Below, in pieces: positions 46,064 to 57,243 of a stretch of 64,000 nucleotides of DNA. The DNA is from Phoronis australis. Lineage: Eukaryota; Animalia; Phoronida. The notes below the pieces were generated by a model, which had not been told where the DNA came from, searched no databases, and saw only the letters and a program-made list of their open reading frames with translations. The stretch lies in assembly GCA_002633005.1 (NCBI GenBank), contig NMRA01000094.1, forward strand, positions 86,208 to 150,207, given 5' to 3'. Within the stretch, counting starts at the first letter, position 1; every line of letters starts with the position of its first letter. Position numbers and translations under genes: made by a program.

Positions 46064-47528
46064 AGACCTAATTCACGCCGACAGGAGGCGCGTTCCAAAA
46101 CGAGGCTCGCTACTATAGCTCTGTTGGCTTATGGTCATATGGTCATAGTTCAGTGTATTTCGCGTTGCCGACGGCTAGAAAAAATACGGACATTCAACTG
46201 TCTGTTTCACAATCCCTAAGGACGTTGAAATTCGGAAGCGTTGGGTCGTTGCCATACGCCGCGACGATGGAAAATATGTCCGTGTAAAATTTATAAATGT
46301 TTTCGAACAGTTTGATCATATTTTGTCGCATCTCGGTTGCCGAGTATAGCACTACAACCGGAGAATCTTCGGCCAGGCAGGCTGTCTTTTCATGACTACG
46401 AGCTGAAACATGATATGATGCATTTTGCTTTCCAAAAAGGACAGGGCCTTCAATCGCTAGATTTTGAGGCCGAATTTAGGCCCTATTCCCCTCTCAAAAA
46501 TATTGAACAATTGCGCGAAATTCCCCCCACCGCGACTAGGCCAAAAAATTTGAAAATATTTCTTCGAAGTTCAAATCACCTAACCACACAGGTGACAGTT
46601 TGAAAGAGCACAAAGTGCTACTTGAGACAGAGCCTATGAGAACTTGTAACAGGGCGGGGGTGCTATGATGGTGATCGTTAGGTAGATTTTTCTCCTCACT
46701 CGGCAAAAAAATTCCCCTCTCAGAATTAAAGCACAGGCACCTCATTTTCCCCTCGGATAAACGAGGCCCCAGAAGAAACATGATAACTATGCTTGCTCTG
46801 TCCACTTAACTGAAATTGAGTTCTAAAACGATGTTATGCATTGGACGAACGAATAACACATGAAATAGATGAAAGAATTATTAAAACCAACTGAAGAAAG
46901 CAGAATTGATGGTCAAATAATTTTTGTTTTCAATTACGAGACTAGTTATTTATTTTTATAAAAAATATATTTAAGGACATCAATTATTCCTCCAGATCAA
47001 TGACAAATCAACTGTTAGTCCCGGTAGTCCCTAGCTCACCAGGACCTAGGCTACGCTTGATCAACAAATCAAAAACCAGATGTGACTAATTGCACACCAC
47101 AGCAAAATCTGATGAGCCACCAATGTCGAATATATTTTCAACTCGTCAACAATAAGAGCAGACGACCTGGTTCGTGTAGAAAGCATTATCAACAATTTAC
47201 ACGAAGAAATCTAACCCTGAATTCAGCATAATACCTAATCCGTAACACTACGATCGCCGCCATTTGGTCAAATTTACTTTTTATGTTTCGAATCTAGTTT
47301 TCCGAAAAAACCTTATACCCTTTCGTCAGACTACTCTTTGGTGCATTGACTTGTTCTCTAATGTATTTTTCTACTTCTCTGCTGTTAATTGTCGACACAT
47401 TTTCAAGATTTAATATACAGGTTGGACTCGAAAGACCGACCATTGAACTCACGCAATGTCAACTTCCGCATTGTTTATCGTCGTGAGCCTTGCTTTGGGC
47501 TTTAATGTCCGCCACGTGAATTAGGTCT
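46064..47528 (+). mobile_element. ISL2EU-like DNA transposon derivative with THAP remnant
   Basis: TIRs AGACCTAATTCACG / CGTGAATTAGGTCT flanked by AT; PKDVEIRKRWVVAIRRDDG (THAP core) at ~46216-46272. Confidence 0.7.
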
Positions 47529-47768
47529 ATACGACACAGTATCAACAAATCGACAGGATTTGTCTGCCTCCAATCCGGGACCGAAGCAGAAACCAAGAAC
47601 GCACCAAAGCTGGTCAAATTATTGCGAATTGGTGGCAATAAATAAAAATCCCACAATTCTCTCCAAATTTCAGTTTTCACTCAATTTCTCTTTGAAGTTT
47701 TAGCACTCTCCGTCTCTTCACCTCATTAAGGCATTGTACCTTGTTTCCTGCTTCGTTCTGGACTAAAC

Positions 47769-48366
47769 ATGTCACCTAGTTGTTTGATTTTGGACAGTTC
47801 TTGTGTGCGTTGGCTGGACGCCTATCTTAATTCGCCTGCAGCGACCGACCGGGGTCTGACCAATTTGGGTTTCCACGAGTCCTCTGTATCCATCAACTCC
47901 TTAGGGTTGTCCGGGGCCACACTCGCCCCTGGCCCTCGTTCCGTTCGCCATTTAACCCCAGCCATCGCCGAATTCTCGGCCACTTTAGTGTTTCTACAGA
48001 TCGCCGGAAACGACCTGTCTCATCCCCAGTCTCACCCTTTGTCTCTGGCCCATGACCGGACCTAATTTCGTTTTCCGAGTCTGTCCTCCAGTCTTACCCT
48101 TCTGTGCAGTCGGTCATCATCGGCATGGTGTTCCTCCGTTTCCACGATGACGGCACTTTTAAACTCTTAACTTTCACCTCAAACGCCTCCTCGCCGACCA
48201 TCCCTCAGTCTTCCTTTGGACCCATAGGGGCGGGTTCTCGCAAGACCCTTTACACCTTTACCGCCCTGACCTCATTCACCTTAACCCTTCAGGCATCCGC
48301 AAGCAAGCTCTCAGCGTCCGCTTCGCTTTCGGACATCACCTCCGCCGCCTGGGTCTCCTCTCGTAA
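47769..48366 (+). pseudogene. SGNH/GDSL hydrolase-like ORF (frameshifted) in the YR retrotransposon
   Basis: Block I LILDSSCVRWL, block II GLSGAT, block III VFLQIAGNDL, block V RPDLIHLNPSG in a shifted frame ending TAA at 48366. Confidence 0.75.
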
Positions 48367-49079
48367 TTGTCCCTTATCTCATATCCCCAGTTACGTCCTT
48401 GTATATTTTCAGTATGCATGTTCTTATCTTACTGCCCCGTTCCTCGGCCCCCTTTCACAGCTTCTTCTTTCATTAATCATTACTACTTTCAGGTACGACT
48501 GGGTGTTTACTTCAGTTTACTTCAGTTTATTACGTCAATGCGGTGGTCCCCCTACACGGGTTACTCTATCTGGTAGCACCTTGGGTGCCTACTTCAGTTT
48601 ACTCTTCATACGGCTTGGTCCGGCCATTCGGACCCGTCTATCTGGTAACACCTTGGGTGTTTACTTCAGTTTACACTGCACCAGTGGTCCTCACTTAGAC
48701 TACTCTGTCTGGTAACACCTTGTGTGCTTACTTCAGTTTACAATTCCCTTTCGTTTTATTCCATTATTCCCGTTTTATGCAAGCGTGGCAGATCAACCCA
48801 TACAAGCTTACATACAACTCATTCCTAAATCCTGCACCTTTGGTGTCTACTTTCTCTTTCAGTTCCGCTTACTTTGCCAATTTATTCATAGGTCCCCGTT
48901 TTACAATGGGTTCGACCATTCAGATATCACTTACTTAATCCTTAGTTCTTAATGTTCAGTGTAATCCATCGTAATTCAACTCTCCAAGTTCTTCTTCTTA
49001 CCGCTTGGCTCCAGCCATTACAGTGGTGGCCTGTTGTTTCAGTGTTTCATTTCTGCTCCCTTTATTCTTCCTTTTCAGC

Positions 49080-50830
49080 ATGCCACGACAATCAACCCGT
49101 AAAACTGCTTCGCTATACCAGTCTCGTGGGCCATCTCGCCAAGAGCTACCCGTACACCCGCCGTCGTCCACTCGTCCACTTTATCTCTAACTTCGGACCT
49201 CTTCGCACAACTACGGGACAATTCAACACTTCGAGATGCCCTAAGGGATTTACTCGCCAATGATCCACCTCGGCCCTTGGAGGCCTCCCCCCAGCTCGCC
49301 ATCAATAACATGGCGACTCCTTTAGCAGTTCACCAGCCTACAGTAACGCCAAACGTCCTCACTTCTACCTCACCGCCTACCGTGACATATTCAGCAGCTG
49401 CGGACACATCAACAGCATTGGAGCACCATATGCCACCCGTTGCAGGTAAAATTGACGCCTCCGTACACACGTCTCTGGCTTTGGTTTCAACTAGGAAGCA
49501 GAAACAAAAAACCTCATATGGACAGACCAGACAGTCACCTAATTATCCCGGTTTCATCCCCACACGTCCAGCTCTCCATAGTTAACCATCAACCAGTTTT
49601 TTCACCCCAAAGCTCGCTCCATCAACAACATGTTTCAGTGGAACCAGGCATTTCTCATCTATTTAGCCATCTACACTACCCGTCACCCACATCAAGCACC
49701 TCATCTCGCAAAGTTTTGTCATACCATAATCTCCATCAACCACCATTTCGGTTTTGCCCCCGCCATGTTTTACAATCAACAGTTTCGACAATAGCGGAGT
49801 TGCAACCCCGCTTTATTGGATTTGGGTCAGAATGTTGCATTGTGGTTAAGCTGGTAAACAAGTACGTCGGCAAGCGTGGGGGCGAACCGGCCACAGGGAG
49901 GTTATACGTGTTTTGTGCGTGGCATGCTATAACACCAGTTAGCGAAATAAAAAAATTAGTTACTACCTGTTTCCCAAGGATCAAGAACTGCGTTAAACAT
50001 GGGTCAGAGACATCGGAAGAGCTGGTAGCAAAGGCCGACTTCGTGAATTCTTTCCGACTTCGTAGCATAAAGTGTGCAGCGCTCATTTTGAGGGCGGCAA
50101 GAAAACGTATCTTAGAAACTGCCCAACAATATCTCCCTTCAAAGAAACAGTAACAAATACTCCATGGCGGTTGGTAGTGAAAAAAAAANGTGGTCCGTTA
50201 CAAATTCAGGCTGTCGGATCTTTCAATTGATAAATTGGAGACGTTAGAACTGTATGTAAGGGCATTTTTCGCATGTAGTTCATGGGCTGGGCGCTTACTT
50301 TAGCAAAGTCTGAAAACGCGTTGGGGCACTTGTTGAGCCATGGGCGCTAATTAGGGCGAATAGCGGCAGAATTACATACAACAGCGTAGTTTAATGCACA
50401 CAAATTACACGTCGTGCAAACCAGTCGGCCATCCCGTTTACCATCAACAATCCCAGTAGCCTTTGCGCACCCTAATTTCCGGACATGCGCAATCGTTAAA
50501 TCGATTCGGTTGCAACTCCGCTATTGCGCTCAGCTACCCCTGTTCCTTGGGAAACCACCAATATGGAAATCTGGAATCAGGTTATCCTCCAATCTCACAA
50601 AATTTCATCTCCCTCTAACTACCCCAATTCCATCCGTACTATCTACCCACGCACTCAGTCCTTTCGTACCTAATTTCTCCAACCACGTTCAGCTGCCTCA
50701 CACCTCAGCGGTCTCTGCCGGCGGTTTAACTCCGCATTCTGCCCACAACAGCACTGTCGCTACCTCCACCGCAGTATCACTTGCAATGGCCTCCACCCCG
50801 CCTCTGCTTGCCCTATCTCGTCCTATCCCC
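49080..50830 (+). pseudogene. Gag-like ORF of the YR retrotransposon, frameshifted and interrupted by an insertion (~49830-50580)
   Basis: MPRQSTRK start; FQWNQAFLIYLAIY motif; terminal CRRFNSAFCPQQHCRYLHRSITCNGLHPASAC zinc-finger-like segment. Confidence 0.65.
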
Positions 50831-50859
50831 AACCCACACCGCGAACCACCTCCACCGCC

Positions 50860-52435
50860 ACCCGACCTTCCAACACCCCTAAAAATAAACAAACTTGAAC
50901 CATATCTCCTCGGTTATCCATCCGCCCTTACTGTTCGCATTATTCATGGTTTCACTTATGGTTTCCGTATTGGTGTTTCCTCCATGTTATCCTCCCCACC
51001 TCCTCATAACCACCCATCTGCAGTCCTCAACTCTACTGTGACCAAACACACAATACAGCACGAGGTTGACTGTGGCCGCTACTCCGGACCCCACCAGTAC
51101 CCTCCATTCGACAATTTCATCAGTTCCCCTCTCGGGCTTATACCTAAGAAAGACTCCGGTAAATTTCGCCTTATCCATAACCTTTCATACCCATCTCGGG
51201 ATTCCGATTCCGTTAACTCTCATCCCTTATCCTTCTCTCATGTTCACTATGAAACCATTGAAAACGCCATGTTTCTAGTGCGCCGCTCCGGCCACAATTC
51301 TCTCATGGCTAAAACAGACATACAGGATGCCTTCCGTCATGTTCCTATACACCCTTCTGACTATCGTTTCCTTGGGTTTGTTTGGGCCGGTCAATATTAT
51401 TTCGATCGTTGTCTTCCGTTTGGTCTTTCTTCGTCATGCAACATATTTGAACTCATCAGCTCATCCTTCCAATGGATTCTTCAAAATAAAGTCAATGTCC
51501 CAGGGGTGTCCCACCACATTGATGACTTCTTTTTTGTCGGCCCCCCTAATTCCCCTTTATGTTCTTCTTATCTCCGCACGTTTCTCACCTTTTGTAAAGA
51601 AATCGGCGTCCCCATCAATCACCAAAGGACCGTCCTTCCAACGACCTCCATCACTATCTACGGTATTCATCTAGACTCCACATCCATGACGGCTTCCCTT
51701 CCCCAAGACAAACTCAACAAGGCCCTACATCCTCTCCAGTCCTTCCAGCATAAAAGGTCGGTCCTACTACGTGACCCTTCAGTCTCTCATTGGTTTTCTC
51801 AATTTCGCTTGCCTTGTCATCATTCCCGGTCGAGCCTTCCTCCGTCGCCTCATCGATCTCACGCTTTGCATGTCTCAGCCTCATCATCACGTCACTCTCA
51901 CCAAAGAATACCGTGCTGACATTTGCGCTTGGCTTACATTCCTCCACTCCTTCAACGGCAAATCCATGTTCCTTTTCGAGCATTGGACCTCTTCTCAATC
52001 ACTCAAAGTGTATACTGACTCGGCCTCGGTCCACCTGGGATTCGCCGCGGTTTGCGGGTCTAATTGGTTTTCTGGCCCTTGGCCCTCATCCATCTCTCAT
52101 TTTCCCATCACCTTCAAGGAGCTCTTCCCCATCGTTCTTGCCTTAGAAATCTGGGGACCTAAACTTGCCAGCCATCGTTCATGTGCGACAACCATTCCGT
52201 GGTGCATATCATCAATAAGACTTCCTCTAAGGACCCTAACATTATGCGCCTCGTCCGACGCCTGGTCCTCTCTACCCTACACCATAATATCCATTTCAAG
52301 GCCAAACACATTCCCGGCAAAACTAATTTCATTACCGATAAATTGTCTCGCTTTCTTTTCCAGGATGCCTTTTCCATGGCTCCATGGCTCTCTCCAACAT
52401 CGACCACAGTTCCACAGCACCTCCTTACGTTCTGA
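50860..52435 (+). pseudogene. DIRS/Ngaro-type reverse transcriptase and RNase H (frameshifted)
   Basis: SPLGLIPKKDSGKFRLIHNLS, KTDIQDAFRHVPIHP, LPFGLSSS, HIDDFF; RNase H YTDSAS, ITFKELFPIV, CDNHSVV, HIPGKTNFITDKLSR. Confidence 0.95.
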
Positions 52436-52439
52436 CTTC

Positions 52440-53250
52440 GCTCCTCCGGGCGTCCCTTGCTCCATCCACCATCTCCACTTATCCACTTACCGCCGCGTTC
52501 TTTCACATTTCCTCCATTACCATTCCTCATCAGCATGCCCCTTGCCTGTGCCTCCTGTCTCCACATCGACCTTGGCATTTTACATGGCACATCTCTTCTC
52601 GTCTGGCTTAACTGCATCCACCATCTCTACCTATGTCTCCGCCATAGGTTTCATTCATAAACTGGACTCCTTGCCTGACCGTACCTCCTCCTTTCTGGTC
52701 AAGAAAATTCTGAAGGGGGTGTCCAGTTCGCGGCCATCCGTGGACACCCGGCTCCCCATAACTACACCTATTCTTTACCGCCTTCTCAACGCCTTAGCCT
52801 CTGCTCTCAACTCTCACTTCCACGCATCTCTCTGTGCTGCTATGTTTTCCACCGCCTTTCACGTCTCTCACTATCTCCCACTCCAAACATCACGATCACA
52901 TCCCTACCATTCTCGTTATCTCCCGTTCTACCGATCCCCATTGCCCTGTTACATACCCTTCAACACTACCTCACTCTCTCCAACCACTCTTCCGGCCCTC
53001 TCTTCCAGTTCCCTAACGGTTCCCCCGTAACTCGCTCTTACTTCACTCGCCAGCTTAACTTGGTACTCGGATGCGACGGTCTCGATCCTCAACGCTATAA
53101 ATCTCATAGTTTTCGTATTAGGGCAGCCACCTCCGCTCAGACTCCACCATTCAGCGTATGGGTCGCTGGAAGTCTGACGCGCTCAAGAACTACATTCGTC
53201 TCTCCTCCTTAAACTTGCTTGCTGCTAACATTCCCATTCCTTCATTGCCA
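52440..53250 (+). pseudogene. Tyrosine recombinase, copy 1 (N-terminus present, catalytic region deleted)
   Basis: ASTISTYVSAIGFIHKL, DTRLPIT, HSFRIRAAT, GRWKSDALKNYIR; ~100-nt deletion removes FLRVSE. Confidence 0.85.
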
Positions 53251-53721
53251 TGATCATCCACCACCCAGGGGCAGCTCTACAGTCAGTGCTTCCCCTCCTT
53301 GCACCGCCTCTTCATCCTGGGGGCGACTGTATTGCCAGTGCCCCCCCCTCACTCAACACTCCCTTTTCATCACGGGGCAACTGTATTGCCAGTGTCCCGT
53401 TCATGGGCACTTGTATTGCCAGTGTCCTACTTCACTCACCCCATTTATCCCTCTAGGGCGCCTGTATTGCCAGTGTCCTGCTTCACTCATTCTCCATTTT
53501 CATTGGCACGCCCTTTCCACCTTTTCGGAGTTCTCCCTCCCGGGCACCCTTTCCCGCCCCCTTTATACATTTTTGGTTTACCCCATTCCCTATTATGGGT
53601 TATTCTCCACTAAGCAATTTTTTCCATGCTTTATGTAGGTTTACTTTTGACGGTGCCACCGTTTGCTGTTACTTATCTGTATGTATCTTCGTACATGTCA
53701 CCGTTTCTGTTTACTTATGCT

Positions 53722-54315
53722 AATAGACCGGCAGCCCAGACGACTTAGCATAGATGAACGAGGTACCAACATCTGACCACAGGAGCATTTAAAGTCCACC
53801 ACAGTATGTACAGAAATGGACGTCTGCCGTTGCCTGCACTCTGGGTGTGACCCCTGGGGGCCTTACAAACAGCCAAAAAATGAGCTGGACTAGATATTCG
53901 AGGTACCAACCAAAACTGATTTAAAACGAATAATAGTACAGAACTGAACACCAAATGACCCATGACAGACAAATTGTACCCTGGAATGGGTCCGGCAGAA
54001 ACCAAAAAAGGACCCACCAAAAATGAGCTAGCACATACATTCGAGGTACCACACAAAACCTATTCCATGTGATTCAATACATGTCACAGATCACTAAAAC
54101 CCCTATGACAGACAAAATACACTCTGGGTTGTGCCCGGCAGAAACCCCCAAAAATCTCAACCATGGTATGCCATCAAAAATTTGAGCTAGACTAGATTTT
54201 CGTGGTACCGGCCAAAACTGATTTTAAACGAACAATAGTACCAAACAAAACCAATTCCATATGATTCAATACATGTCACAGATCACTAAATGCCCTATGA
54301 CAGACAAATTACACT
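53722..54315. repeat. Unrelated repetitive insert with internal tandem motifs between the two YR copies
   Basis: Recurrent aaatgagctggactagatattcgaggtacc and atgacagacaaat...ctctgg motifs; A-rich against the C/T-rich element. Confidence 0.6.
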
Positions 54316-55009
54316 CTGGATTCCTTGCCTGACCCTACCTCCTCCTTTCTGATCAAGAAAATTCTGAAGGGGGTGTCCAGTTCGCGGCCATCCGTGGACA
54401 CCCGGCTCCCCATAACTACACCTATTCTTCACCGTCTTCTCAACGCCTTACCCTCTGCTCTCAACTCTCACTTCCACGCATCTCTCTGTGCTGCTATGTT
54501 TTCCACCGCCTTTCACGCCTTCCTTCGTGTTAGCGAATTTGCTGTCGCCACCTCTGCCTCACCCCCAATTTCTGTCCTCCAGGTCTCTGACGTCTCAGTC
54601 ACCTCTACGTCCATGTCTCTCACTATCTCCCACTTCAAACATTAAGATCACACCCCTACCATTCTCGTTATCTCCCGTTCTACCGGTCCCCATTGCCCTG
54701 TTACAACCCTTCAACACTACCTCACTCTCTCCAACCACTCTTCCGGCCCTCTCTTCCAGTTCCCCCGTAACTCGCTCTTACTTCACTCGCCACCTTAAAT
54801 TGGTACTCGGATGTGTCGGTCTCGATCCTCAACGCTATAAATCTCATAGTTTTCGTATTGGGGCAGCCACCTCCGCTGCTACCCTCCAAATTCCAGACTC
54901 CACCATTCAGCGTATGGGTCGCTGGAAGTCTGACGCGCTCAAGAACTACATTCGTCTCTCCTCCTTAAACTTGCCTGCTGCTAACATTTCCACTCCTTCA
55001 CTGACATGA
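54316..55009 (+). pseudogene. Tyrosine recombinase, copy 2 (C-terminal half)
   Basis: AFHAFLRVSEF, HSFRIGAATSAA, IQRMGRWKSDALKNYIR; internal stop and frameshift. Confidence 0.9.
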
Positions 55010-56465
55010 TCATCCACCACCCAGGGGCAGCTCTACAGTCAGTGCTTTCCCTCCGTCCACCGCCTCTTCATCCTGGGGGCGACTGTATTGCCAGTGCCCC
55101 CCCCCTCACTCACCACTCCCTTTTCATCATGGGGCAACTGTATTGCCAGTGTCCCGTTCATGGGCACCTGTATTGCCAGTGTCTACTTCACTCACCCCAT
55201 TTCTCACGCTAGGGCGCCTGTATTGCCAGTGTCCTGCTTCACTCATTCTCCATTTTCATTGGCACGCCCTTTCCACTCACCTTTTCGGGGTTCTCCCTCC
55301 CGGGCACTCTTTCCCGCCCCCTTTACACATTTTTGGTTTACCCCATGCCCTATTATGGGTTATTCTCCACTTAGCATTTTTTCCATACTTTATCTAGGTT
55401 TACTTTTGACAGTGCCACCGTTTGTTGTTACGTATCTGTAAGTATCTTCGTACATGTCACCGTTTCTGTTTACTTATGCTTATACAGACAGCGTGCTTTT
55501 TATTGGTTGATACATGTATGTTCTTTATGTATATTCCTTAGTTTTTATCTATTCATGTTAGCCTTATATTCCTCTGGGTTTCAGTTACTATGATTTCGAC
55601 ACCTTGTTGTGTCGCTCTATAATTTTGTTTTGTTTTTTCATGCTGCCTAGCTGTACCACTCCATGTTCGTATTTTCCTATTTACGTGCTTAATTTTGCCC
55701 CCTTTTTCTTAATGCTCCTTTTGGCGGCCTCGCTCGCTCTCCCTTGGATGGGCGGATGCATCTTTCTGCTGCATCTGTGGCAGATTGTCACCCACCTTTA
55801 CAGTTCAAAATACTATGTGACTTTTGTAATTACCGATATCTGTAGTCATAATATAATGACCTTTTATCTCATCTACACGTGTCGTTTCACTGTAAACTAG
55901 CTTCGGTATCGCTTCGCAGTTAGCGCATACAAAAATTACTTAAGTTTTAAATTATTTTATGTAAGCTATACTGCTTCGTCCTCATTATCATATTGTTTAG
56001 ATTCTCGGGTCAGTGACCCTCTTTGTTCTACGATTATTGGTTTAATTGTACCACGTGATCTCTTTTTTTCGTCGCAACACTGGGCCATCGTCCACTACAA
56101 TTCTCTCCAAATTTCAGTTTTCACTCAATTTCTCTTTCCCTCCCTCCCTCCCTCAAACCAATTTTCCTTTCTTCCCTGTTTATCCTTACATTCCCCATGT
56201 CGCTGTCCCGGTGTTGCTGTTATGCTTCTACATATTATTACTTAACTTTCTATTCACCACTTTTATCTACCTTCCTTGCTGCTTGGCAGATTGTCACCCA
56301 CCTTTACAGTTCAACATACTATGTAACTTTTGTGATTACCGATATCTGTAGTAGTTTAGTTTGTCATAATATATATGACCTTCTATACCACAATATTAGC
56401 GTCAAATGACAGATACAACCGTGTAATAACCCATAAAGTTATCTCACTAGTGAGATAACGATTTG

Positions 56466-56545
56466 GCGGGAAACCGAGGACGGGGTCGAACCCGGGACCC
56501 TAATATTGCGGGTCGCCCACTTTACCACTACACCACGCAGCGACT
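56466..56545 (-). pseudogene. tRNA-derived sequence (SINE head or tRNA pseudogene)
   Basis: Minus strand gcgtggtgtagtggtaaa...gtcccgggttcgaccccg with A and B boxes; anticodon and acceptor stems do not pair well. Confidence 0.6.
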
Positions 56546-57083
56546 GACGTCATCAATAGTGAAAATAGAATACTTAAATGAGCACGCGCAATAATCGCAC
56601 GTTCAACAAACCGCATTGTACTGTACTTATACGTTACGAAAAATAAGACACATAATTTCCATAAAAATGATATCTTAATTCCGAGAAATTTTTCTCTTAT
56701 GTCTTCTTACTTGTAAATCACCGATCTCTAGTTTGAATGCGGGTATCGTGTCGTCAGGATCTTTGACTTGAGAATTATATTCAGTTACCAGTGGTAACCT
56801 ACTTTAGCAGACGATAATTTCCCCGTCGAAGCTTAGCGTGGAAAAAACGTGTTTTAAGCTATAATAATTGGTAAACCTTAATTTATAAATTCAAATTATT
56901 TCTATAATATTTAAGTTTTCAATTGGTTTTGAGTAAAAGCAATATTTGACAAAAATAAGCGGGCTTTTCTTAAAAGGTCACGACCTCCGACGCCGGGCCT
57001 CTGACATAGAAAGTAGTTACAAAGGCGTGGAGAGTCAGAAAAGGTAAATCGATTCATTGCAATGTTTCTCGTTTAGTATGTGG

Positions 57084-57243
57084 TATAAATAGATTATTAC
57101 ATGTTCTCAGCCGTTATCCCCCTTATCTAGAGCCCTCGTGGATTTTGGAGAATTATCACCCTCGGGGCGATAATTCTCCAAAATCCACTCGGGCTCTAGA
57201 TAACGGGGGATAACGACTTCGCCATGTAATAATCTATATTTAT
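57084..57243. repeat. ~160-bp imperfect palindrome (foldback MITE)
   Basis: tagattattacatg...gtggattttggagaattatc/gataattctccaaaatccac...catgtaataatcta. Confidence 0.85.

Larger units (their letters stand above)
47653..56352 (+). mobile_element. Ngaro-type tyrosine-recombinase retrotransposon (decayed, partly duplicated)
   Basis: Split direct repeats A1 47653-47693, B1 55778-55846, A2 56097-56137, B2 56284-56352; contains gag, RT/RNase H and YR remnants. Confidence 0.88.

Noticed and set aside
49440-50860. 237-aa ORF and the N-terminal part of the 501-aa ORF as novel proteins
   Set aside because: Chimeric reads across decayed gag frames and an inserted segment; real RT homology starts near 50860
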